Source: Clostridia bacterium (GTDB lineage: Bacteria > Bacillota > Clostridia > Christensenellales > Borkfalkiaceae). From it: a stretch of 64,000 nucleotides of DNA. Below, piece by piece: positions 19,577 to 27,693 of this stretch; position 1 is the stretch's first letter; every line of letters starts with the position of its first letter. A model generated the notes under the pieces. The model did no database searches. It was not told where the DNA came from and saw only the letters and a program-made list of their open reading frames with translations. A program made the translations under genes and the position numbers. The DNA lies in the NCBI GenBank assembly GCA_017462735.1, contig JAFTQO010000009.1, forward strand, positions 76,645-140,644, in the 5' to 3' direction.

Positions 19577-19740
19577 AACGTTTCACTTCCTTTGTAAATA
19601 TTGCTACTATTGTAGCACCGTAAAAAAGGGATGTCAAATAAAAAAGCAAGAAAATGTTGACGGACGAAAAAAATAGGTGTATAATAGAAGGGAATTTTTA
19701 GATAAAGAGAGACGAAGGGCTCCCTTTGGGAGGATAGAGA

Positions 19741-20552
19741 TGAAAAAACGGATATTGGCAACGGTATTGGCGACGGGATGCTGCCTCTCGGCGGCTTTTT
19801 CGTTTAGCGGATGCGATTTGTTTTCCAATACGGCTGCCGACTACGAAAAGTGGAGCGCGAGTATTGCAGAGACGGCGTTGCTGTCTAACGTCAATATTAA
19901 AAAGCACGAGACCCCGTTCCAAGGGAATACGCAAATTTCCCAGGGAAGCGGGATGATTTTTCATACGGAAACGATAGAGGGTGAAGTCTATTATTACGCC
20001 TTGACCAACAATCACGTGATACACGAAAAAATAACGTCGCTGGGTAGTTCGTATGCCGTCTATGCGTACGACTGCTTCGACAACGTATATACGTCCAGCG
20101 TCGTATACGCGGACGCAGCGTACGACTTGGCGGTTATTTCTTTTTCGCAAGGGACTGACGTGGAAGGGAATCCTATCCTTTTAAACGTGGCGAACATTGC
20201 CGAAAGCAACCCGTCAGGGGCGACGCCCGTGGCGGCGGTAGGCAACCCCGAGGGACGTCATAACAGTAGTACTTTTGGTAAAACGATACGTTACGAAACG
20301 GTATCGGTGACGGGCGTGACGGCGGCGGAGTCCAACGTGGCATTTCCCGCGCTTGTGCATAGCGCGTTTACCTTATCGGGTAGTAGCGGTTGCGCCGTCA
20401 TCGACGAAAAGTTAGAGATTGTAGGCGTTCATTATGCGTGCGGTTACGATCAAGACGGAGAATTCGTAGAGGGATATGCCGTTCCCGCCTTAAAGATTAG
20501 AGAATTTTTACTGGCGGCAGAAGAAAAGAAGGGTATCGAATTAGGCGTATAA
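19741..20552 (+). CDS. Trypsin-like serine protease lipoprotein (Trypsin_2/S1-like)
   Basis: Lipoprotein signal MKKRILATVLATGCCLSAAFSFSGC. Catalytic-triad contexts: TNNHV (His), DLAV (Asp), GSSGC (Ser). Confidence 0.7.
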
Positions 20553-20561
20553 GGAAAGGGT

Positions 20562-21620
20562 ATGAAAGTATTTAGAAAGATAGCGCTATTGTTAGCGCTC
20601 GGGTTTTGTTTAGCGGGTTCGGGTTGTAGTCTGCTCGGCGGTACGGATTGCAAGGGACACGTTGATGAAAATAGCGACCATGTCTGCGATGAGTGCGGAA
20701 ATACCGTCAGCAACTGTACCGATATCGATAGGGATCATCTTTGCGAGGTCTGCGGGATTGCCGTCAGCGATTGCTTGGATACGAACAACGATCACGCTTG
20801 CGACGTATGCGGCGGCGTATTGACCGATTGCAAAGATACCAACCTTAACCACTATTGCGACAGATGTAACGAAAAAATCAGTAACTGCGCCGATGGTAAC
20901 AGCGACGGCGCTTGCGACGTTTGCGGCTTGAGCGAACAGGAAACGGAAGGGACCGATTACGCACAACTGACTAACACGATTACGACCGAATATATGGACG
21001 GGATCGTGTCCGTACACGCTAGTTATTTGGCGGACGACGGGTATTGGTACGGCAAGACGAGTAGCGGCGTGGTATACGATTACGACGAGGCAAACGGCGC
21101 CTATTATCTTTTGACCAACAATCACGGGGTAAGTTTATTGAGGACGGCGTCTGCGGCGGGATATGAAACGCAATTTACCGTGCGTGATTGCTACGAGACC
21201 TCTTATGACGCGACGCTCGTTTGTTACGACGCAAGTTACGATTTAGCCGTCGTGAAAATCGCCAAAAACGAAAAGCACGATTTAACCGTCTTTTCTATGG
21301 CGACGGCAAACCCTGTTGCTGGGGAAGAAATCGTCTGTTTAGGCAGTCCTTACGGGCAAAAGAACGCGATTACGTACGGAGAGGTCATAGGATACGATAC
21401 TTGCAATTTACACAGCGAGGATTCTAATATCACTTTCTTGTGCGTCAACCACAGCGCGTGGATGGCGACGGGTTCTTCGGGCGGGTTATTGATGGATTTA
21501 GATTTTAATATCGTCGGCATCAACTTTGCCGTGACCAACCATCCCACGACGGGCGAGCATATGAGTAGTTGGGCGATTCCCGTCTTAAAAGTAAAAGAGT
21601 TCCTTGCGGCAAACGCATGA
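20562..21620 (+). CDS. Trypsin-like serine protease lipoprotein with N-terminal 5x Cys-rich repeat module
   Basis: Lipobox LAGSGC. It has five repeats of about 21 aa, D-x-N-x-DH-x-CD-x-CG-x4-S/T-x-C. A protease domain follows with TNNHGV, DLAVVKI and ATGSSGG. Confidence 0.7.
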   Translation: MKVFRKIALLLALGFCLAGSGCSLLGGTDCKGHVDENSDHVCDECGNTVSNCTDIDRDHLCEVCGIAVSDCLDTNNDHACDVCGGVLTDCKDTNLNHYCDRCNEKISNCADGNSDGACDVCGLSEQETEGTDYAQLTNTITTEYMDGIVSVHASYLADDGYWYGKTSSGVVYDYDEANGAYYLLTNNHGVSLLRTASAAGYETQFTVRDCYETSYDATLVCYDASYDLAVVKIAKNEKHDLTVFSMATANPVAGEEIVCLGSPYGQKNAITYGEVIGYDTCNLHSEDSNITFLCVNHSAWMATGSSGGLLMDLDFNIVGINFAVTNHPTTGEHMSSWAIPVLKVKEFLAANA

Positions 21621-21648
21621 CGATAAAGAATAAAAAAGGAGAAGAAGG

Positions 21649-23124
21649 ATGCAAGCAAGGGTAGGTTTATACAGCGTAGGGTTAAAGACGTATTGGTCGC
21701 AATTCCCCGATCTTGAAAAGCGGATTAAAGACTACAATGCGTTTATAGAAAAGAAGATGTCTGCCTGCAAAGCAGAGGTGTACAACTTCGGTTTGGTAGA
21801 CGACGTCGAAAAGGCAAAAGAGTGCGGGGAGTATTTCAACGCGAAAAACGTAGATATCATCTTCGTGCATTGCGCAACGTATGCAACCAGCGCGGCAATC
21901 GTGCCCGTACATAGGATATGTAAAGCCAAGACGGTGCTTTTGAACTTGCAACCCTGCCGTCACGTCAATTACGAAAAGACGACGACGGGCGAGTGGCTTG
22001 CCCATTGCAACGCTTGCGTTGTCCCCGAGATTTGCAACGCGTTCAACCGTTGCGAGATAGACTACGAGGTGCTCAGCGGGTTGCTCGGCTTAGAGGAGAC
22101 CCCTGCCGTGTCTTTGACGGAAGAAAAGACGGACGGCGACCCTGAGGCGATAAGAGTCTGGAAAGAAGTAGGAGAGTGGATTGTGGCGGCGGGCGCTATG
22201 CGTACCCTGCAAAACACCCGTTTCGGCTTCCTTGGCAATACCTATTCGGGGATGCTGGACTTATACAGCGACTTTACGATGCTGACGGCGCAAAGCGGCA
22301 TCCATATCGAAGTGCTGGAAATGTGCGACTTGAAGAGCGCTTACGACAAAGTCACGGACGAGGACGTAGCGGAACACCGCAAGAAGATGGACGACCTGTT
22401 CTTTATCAGCGGGGATTCTCCCGCTGACCCGCTCGCAAAAAAGCCGACAGAAGAGGAAATGGATTGGTCGGCGCGGATTTCTGCGGCAGAGCATAAACTC
22501 GTCGATAAGTTCTCGCTTGGCGGGCTTGCGTACTATTATCACGGTATGGACAATAGCGAATACGAGCAGTTGCAAAAGGGCTTTATCGTCGGTTTCTCGC
22601 TATTGACGGCAAATCACGTGCCTTGCGCAGGCGAAGGGGATTTGAAAACGGCGGTAGCGATGAAGATTTGCGACAGTTTAGGCGTCGGCGGCAGTTTCTG
22701 CGAAATTGTGACGACGGACTACGACGACGGTACTATCTTGCTTGGCCACGACGGTCCTTTCCACGTCAAGATTGCAGACGGGAAGCCTATTCTTAGACAA
22801 ATGGGCTTGTATCACGGCAAACGCGGCGCGGGCATTTCGGTAGAGGCAAAGGTGCGTCAAGGGGACGTCACCAATTTAGGGTTGACGCAGACGGCGGACG
22901 GAAAACTTAAACTCATCATCAGCGAAGGGGTGGCGACCAGCGGTAAGATTATGCAAATCGGCAACACGCAAACCCCCGTCAAATTCTCCGTAGACCCCGA
23001 TACGTATATGGAAAAATGGTTCAAAGAAGCGCCCACCCATCACTTTGCTATGTCGGTAGGCAAAAACGCCGCTCTCTTTGAAAAGGTGGCAAAACTCTTA
23101 AATATCCCTTACGTAGTATTGTAA
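21649..23124 (+). CDS. araA: L-arabinose isomerase family protein
   Basis: It is 491 aa. The CAGEGDLKTA...GGSFCE...LLGHDGP segment aligns with E. coli AraA (GFAGEGDWKTA...GGTSFME...VLGSH), and the N-terminal region is also similar. Confidence 0.7.
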   Translation: MQARVGLYSVGLKTYWSQFPDLEKRIKDYNAFIEKKMSACKAEVYNFGLVDDVEKAKECGEYFNAKNVDIIFVHCATYATSAAIVPVHRICKAKTVLLNLQPCRHVNYEKTTTGEWLAHCNACVVPEICNAFNRCEIDYEVLSGLLGLEETPAVSLTEEKTDGDPEAIRVWKEVGEWIVAAGAMRTLQNTRFGFLGNTYSGMLDLYSDFTMLTAQSGIHIEVLEMCDLKSAYDKVTDEDVAEHRKKMDDLFFISGDSPADPLAKKPTEEEMDWSARISAAEHKLVDKFSLGGLAYYYHGMDNSEYEQLQKGFIVGFSLLTANHVPCAGEGDLKTAVAMKICDSLGVGGSFCEIVTTDYDDGTILLGHDGPFHVKIADGKPILRQMGLYHGKRGAGISVEAKVRQGDVTNLGLTQTADGKLKLIISEGVATSGKIMQIGNTQTPVKFSVDPDTYMEKWFKEAPTHHFAMSVGKNAALFEKVAKLLNIPYVVL

Positions 23125-23149
23125 CTTTTATAAAAGGTTGTGACAGCGC

Positions 23150-23199
23150 CTATAGCCCCGTTGCTTTTACTTATAGTAAAGCCAGCGGGGTATCTTTTT
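23150..23199 (+). terminator. Putative rho-independent terminator after araA-like
   Basis: An imperfect hairpin ccccgttgc...gccagcgggg is followed by a T-run. Confidence 0.4.
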
Positions 23200-23358
23200 T
23201 CTTTTTTCGTTTACATCGATAGAAAAAATTGATAGCAGAGGCAAAAAAGTCTAAAAAAATCGATTGTTTTTTGAAAAACGGGCGATTTTATGTTGCATTA
23301 TTTAAAAAAAAACGCTACAATAGTGAGGAATAAAAAATCACGAGTACGGAGAAGTTTT

Positions 23359-24558
23359 ATGAAGAACAGAATTGCAAGCAGAATGAGTACTCTTTCTCCC
23401 TCTTTGACTTTGGCGATTTCGGCAAAGGCGAAGGCGATGAAAGCGGCAGGGGAAAGCGTCGTATCCTTCGGGGTTGGCGAACCTGACTTTAACACCCCCG
23501 AAAACATTATCGCGTCGGCAAAAGCGGCGCTGGACGCAGGGCACACCAAATACACCCCTTCGTCGGGGCTGTTGCCTTTGCGCAAGAAAATCTGTGAAAA
23601 ATTTGAAAAGGACAACGGGCTTTCTTACGAGCCTTCCCAAATCATCGTATCCAGCGGTGCAAAGCACTCGATTTTCAACGCTTGTTATGCGCTTATTGAA
23701 GAGGGCGACGAAGTTATCATTCCCGCGCCTTATTGGTTGACCTATCCTGAGGTCGTCAAAGTATGCGGCGGTACTCCCGTCTATATTCAATGCGAAAAAG
23801 CAAATAAATTTAAGTTTACGCCCGAGCAACTCAAGGCGGCGATTACCCCTAAGACGAAGATGCTTATTTTCAACTCTCCGTCCAACCCTACGGGCGCCGT
23901 ATACGACGAAGAAGAAGTGCGCGCGATTGCCAAAGTTTGTGAAGAGGCTAATATTTTCGTCCTTGCCGACGAAATTTACGAAAAACTTTGTTACAACGGG
24001 GTAAAGCCTTTCTCGATTGCCGCGGTAAGCGAAAAGATGAAGGATTTGACGGTGACTATCAACGGCGTATCCAAGTCGTACGCGATGACGGGCTGGCGTA
24101 TCGGGTATCTTGCCGCGCCCAAAGACGTGGCAAAGGCAATCGATTCCTTCCAAAGCCACGCGACGAGCAACGCTTGCTCCATCTCCCAATACGCGACCAT
24201 CGAGGCGCTTTCTTCCCCTGAAGAAGAGTTGCAAAAAATGGTCAAGGTATTTGACGGTAGAAGGGCAAAACTCATCGATTTGCTCAAAGATATCGACGGG
24301 ATTTCGTGGGTGGAACCGGACGGCGCTTTCTACGTAATGATGGTCGTGGACGGGCTTTACGGTAAGTCCTATGAAGGGAAGACTATTACCAACTCGATAG
24401 AGTTTGCCGATTTGTTACTTGATGCTAAGAAGGTGGCGACCGTCCCCGGCGTATCCTTTGGTGCGGACGATTGCGTACGTCTTTCCTACGCGCTCAGCGA
24501 CGAAGATTTGGCAGAAGGCTTGGCAAGAATCAAGGCTTTCGTCGAAGAATTGCGTTAA
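23359..24558 (+). CDS. Pyridoxal-phosphate-dependent aspartate aminotransferase (class I)
   Basis: It has GEPDF and the N-P-TG motif, and a SKSYAMTGWRIGY lysine motif. Its 399 aa length fits. Confidence 0.85.
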   Translation: MKNRIASRMSTLSPSLTLAISAKAKAMKAAGESVVSFGVGEPDFNTPENIIASAKAALDAGHTKYTPSSGLLPLRKKICEKFEKDNGLSYEPSQIIVSSGAKHSIFNACYALIEEGDEVIIPAPYWLTYPEVVKVCGGTPVYIQCEKANKFKFTPEQLKAAITPKTKMLIFNSPSNPTGAVYDEEEVRAIAKVCEEANIFVLADEIYEKLCYNGVKPFSIAAVSEKMKDLTVTINGVSKSYAMTGWRIGYLAAPKDVAKAIDSFQSHATSNACSISQYATIEALSSPEEELQKMVKVFDGRRAKLIDLLKDIDGISWVEPDGAFYVMMVVDGLYGKSYEGKTITNSIEFADLLLDAKKVATVPGVSFGADDCVRLSYALSDEDLAEGLARIKAFVEELR

Positions 24559-24615
24559 GCAAGTGAAAAAACGGAAAATTTTTTGCCGCAAAGGGTAGAT
24601 TTTTTTAAAAAGGTC

Positions 24616-24644
24616 TTGAAATTACGCGAAAAATTTGTTACACT
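24616..24644 (+). promoter_or_regulatory. Sigma-A type promoter TTGAAA-N17-TACACT
   Basis: The spacing is canonical, about 65 nt upstream of the next ATG. Confidence 0.5.
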
Positions 24645-24710
24645 ATAGAAAAGCGAAAGGAAAACTCTCTTACCTTTCGACAAGTAGGAAAAGATCGGGA
24701 GGATTTAGGT

Positions 24711-25118
24711 ATGATTAAAATTATTTACGGCGCAAAAGGTACGGGTAAAACCAAGAAATTGATCGACGCGGCAAACGCTTCGGTGGAAAAGGCGAAAGGC
24801 CACTTGATTTTCATCACGGATACCAAGCGCGGTATGTACGATTTAGCAAGAGACGTTCGTTTTATCGACGTAAGCGAATACGACGTTGCAGGCGAAGTGG
24901 CGCTCTGCTCCTTTGTGAAAGGGGTTATCGCAGGTAACCACGACAACGAATACGTCTTCCTTGACGGCGTAGTGCGTATTGCAGGTAAGCCCGTAGCAGA
25001 GATGGCGCAATTCTTCTATATGCTCGACAAAGTAGCGGACGCAAGCGGCTTGACCATCACGGTTTCCGTATCTGCGGCAGAAGAAGCACTCCCCGATTTC
25101 GTCAAGAAATATCTGTAA
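24711..25118 (+). CDS. Small hypothetical protein with Walker-A-like GAKGTGKT motif
   Basis: ATG follows GGGAGGA. The product is 135 aa with a P-loop-like motif near the N-terminus and no other recognisable domain. Confidence 0.45.
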   Translation: MIKIIYGAKGTGKTKKLIDAANASVEKAKGHLIFITDTKRGMYDLARDVRFIDVSEYDVAGEVALCSFVKGVIAGNHDNEYVFLDGVVRIAGKPVAEMAQFFYMLDKVADASGLTITVSVSAAEEALPDFVKKYL

Positions 25119-25264
25119 GGGGACGCCCCTTTCCCTTGGGGAAAGCGTAGGCGCTTCGGCACTATATGCAAAAGCATCCGAGGCGGAGTGTGACACCCCG
25201 TCTCGGCGTTTTTTTGAAAAAGACTCGCTCTAATAGAGCGCAAAAGTATAACGGTAGGTGAATT

Positions 25265-26794
25265 ATGAAATTTATCAGCACCAGAGGGGGCGAAAAGGTA
25301 ACGGGCGCAAAAGCCATCGTGCAAGGTCTTGCAAGCGACGGCGGTTTGTTCGTGCCCGAAACTTTCCCGCAAGTGTCTTTGGAAGAACTTTCCGCCATGG
25401 AAAGTATGTCTTATCCCGAGCGTGCGGCGTTTATCCTCGGCAAATATTTGGCGGACGATTTAGGCGCCGATTATCTCAACGAAATTTGCGAAAAGGCGTA
25501 CTCGACCTTTACGGGCAACGACCCTGCGCCCCTCGTAAAAATCGACGACGGATTCTTTATTTTAGAGTTGTTCCACGGCCCGACTTGCGCCTTTAAGGAT
25601 ATGGCGCTTACGGTATTGCCGTATCTTTTAAAACGCAGCCAAGAAGTCCTCGGTATCGAAGAGGACGTACTCATTTTGGCGGCGACGAGCGGCGACACGG
25701 GCAAGGCGGCGCTCGAAGGCTTTAAAAACGTCAAAGGCACGAAAGTAGCGGTTTTCTATCCCGATGAAGGGGTGGCAAAAATGCAACGTCTGCAAATGGC
25801 GACGCAATCGGGCGATAACGTCTTCGTAGCGGCGGTCAAAGGCAACTTTGACGACTGTCAACGTGCAGTTAAAAACTTGTTCGCGTCCAAAGAATTCAAC
25901 GAAAAACTCAAAGAGAAAGGGGCAAGGCTGTCTAGCGCAAACTCCATCAACTTCGGGCGTTTGGCACCGCAAATCGCCTATTATTTCTCTACCTATCTCG
26001 ACCTTATTACCTCTCGCCAAATTACCCAAGGCACCCCCATCGACTTTGTCGTCCCTACGGGTAACTTCGGGGATATCCTGGCGGGCTGGTATGCAAAGCA
26101 AATGGGCTTACCTGTAAGGAAACTCGTCTGCGCGTCCAATAAAAACCGCGTCCTTGCCGATTTCTTTGAGACGGGTAAATACGACGTTCAACGTGATTTC
26201 TATCGTACCATGTCCCCGTCTATGGACATCTTGGTATCCTCTAACCTGGAAAGATTGCTCTTTGAAATTAGTGGTAGGAACGCAAAACTCACGGCAAGCC
26301 GTATGAAGGACTTGGCGCAAAACGGCGCGTATTCTATCACGACGGAAGAAAAGAAATTGTTGGACGAGCAGTTCTACGGCGGGTACGCTAGCGAAGACGA
26401 TATGGTCGAAGGGATGTACGACGTCTTTGAAGAATACGGTTACGCGATGGATACTCATACGGGCGTGGCGCTTTGGGTGCGCGCTCAATATAAAGAAACG
26501 CTGGACGAAAAGGACAGGACTCCCATCGTCGTACTCTCGACGGCAAGCCCTTATAAGTTCCCGCAAGACGTATTGTATTCGCTCACGGGCAACGACGTCA
26601 AAGATAGTTTCAAAGGCATCAAGCGTCTGTATTTATTAACGGCGATGAAACCTCCTAAGTCCTTGATGGATTTGCGTTATCGCGTCCCTCGCTTCAAGAC
26701 GGTGGTTAACAACAACTTGGACGAAATGGCGGCGGTGGTACTTGACCTTGCGGAAGGCAAGATTGTGCCCGAGCCTCCTCAGCCCAAGAAATAA
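25265..26794 (+). CDS. thrC: Threonine synthase (long form)
   Basis: FISTRGG, SDGGLFVP, the PTCAFKD PLP-lysine motif and TSGDTG are all hallmarks of ThrC. Confidence 0.9.
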   Translation: MKFISTRGGEKVTGAKAIVQGLASDGGLFVPETFPQVSLEELSAMESMSYPERAAFILGKYLADDLGADYLNEICEKAYSTFTGNDPAPLVKIDDGFFILELFHGPTCAFKDMALTVLPYLLKRSQEVLGIEEDVLILAATSGDTGKAALEGFKNVKGTKVAVFYPDEGVAKMQRLQMATQSGDNVFVAAVKGNFDDCQRAVKNLFASKEFNEKLKEKGARLSSANSINFGRLAPQIAYYFSTYLDLITSRQITQGTPIDFVVPTGNFGDILAGWYAKQMGLPVRKLVCASNKNRVLADFFETGKYDVQRDFYRTMSPSMDILVSSNLERLLFEISGRNAKLTASRMKDLAQNGAYSITTEEKKLLDEQFYGGYASEDDMVEGMYDVFEEYGYAMDTHTGVALWVRAQYKETLDEKDRTPIVVLSTASPYKFPQDVLYSLTGNDVKDSFKGIKRLYLLTAMKPPKSLMDLRYRVPRFKTVVNNNLDEMAAVVLDLAEGKIVPEPPQPKK

Positions 26795-26796
26795 AA

Positions 26797-27115
26797 GACG
26801 TATATGCTTCGCAGGGTTTTCGTCTTATAGCCGTCGGGATGCTTCGTTGCGCTGTGGCAACCTTCAGTCACGTACGCATAAGTACGCTCCTTTAGGTTAT
26901 CCTCGCGCGCCTCGTCTGCCTCGGCTCTACGAAGAAAAAGGTGCGTGCGTAAAGTTCGCATCTCCGTTTTTTTAACACAACTAATTTTATGGATAAGTGG
27001 CGCAGTACTTTGTTGTACTGCGCCTTTTTAAGGCATAGTGCATAGCGCATAGTGGCGGTAAAAAATTAAAATAATTCCGCAATTATGCATTCTGCATTTT
27101 GAATTTTGCACTAAA
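26797..27115. repeat. Composite intergenic repeat element (modules C + terminator hairpin + A, the 'ATGCAT-palindrome' module)
   Basis: It begins aagacgtatatgcttcg directly after the thrC stop. It shares gtacgcataagtac and ggctctaaaaagaaaa modules with 51396..51516. It ends with the A module ...catagtgcatagcgcatagtgg...aattccgcaattatgcattctgcatttt..., which is also found at 51622, 62976 and 63864. Confidence 0.7.
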
Positions 27116-27227
27116 AAATCTCCCTGTTTTTATAGGGGGATTTTTTTAATAAAACCTCTTGACGGACGTTAAGTTATATGTTATACTGTATTTGTAATGA
27201 TACTAAATCCTATTAAAGGAGGCGCCT

Positions 27228-27614
27228 ATGCAAGAGAGATGGACGAAACAAAAAAGTGTGATATATGATACGCTTAAATCGCTAGATCATCCCACGGCGA
27301 CGGAGGTGTACGGGCTTTTGCACGATACGTATCCGTCTGTTTCAAGGGCGACGGTCTTTCGGGTGCTCAGCGGGTTTGCCGCTAGCGGAAAGGCGTTGGA
27401 ACTGCGCGTAGCGGGTACGGACGTGCGTTACGATTACAACGTGGAAAAGCATTGTCACGTCCATTGTAAAAAGTGCGGCAGAGTAGCCGATATTTTTACG
27501 GAAGACACTCCTCTGCCAAAACTTACGGTCAAAGGAATGGGTTTTACGGTGGACAGTTGCACGATGGAGTTTTTCGGCACCTGCGAAAATTGCGTTACCG
27601 AAATGCAAATATAA
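27228..27614 (+). CDS. Fur family transcriptional regulator (Fur/PerR/Zur)
   Basis: It has an N-terminal DNA-binding winged helix, HxH, and a CHVHCKKCG...CENC metal-site pair. It is 128 aa. Confidence 0.85.
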   Translation: MQERWTKQKSVIYDTLKSLDHPTATEVYGLLHDTYPSVSRATVFRVLSGFAASGKALELRVAGTDVRYDYNVEKHCHVHCKKCGRVADIFTEDTPLPKLTVKGMGFTVDSCTMEFFGTCENCVTEMQI

Positions 27615-27624
27615 TCGACTCAAA

Positions 27625-27659
27625 TAAAAAAGAAAGCACCCCTTTAGGGGTGCTTTTTA
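27625..27659. terminator. Bidirectional rho-independent terminator
   Basis: aaaaagaaaGCACCCCtttaGGGGTGCttttt serves the convergent genes on both sides. Confidence 0.7.
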
Positions 27660-27693
27660 AAGGTTTTGCTTTAGGTGCGGAAACGGTTAGGCG

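Noticed and set aside
25119-25264. SAM or other riboswitch upstream of thrC
   Set aside because: The segment looks like a terminator for the upstream small gene (GC hairpin plus T7) followed by a short AT-rich spacer. No SAM-I core (e.g. YUCUUAUCAAGAG) or lysine-box features are present.
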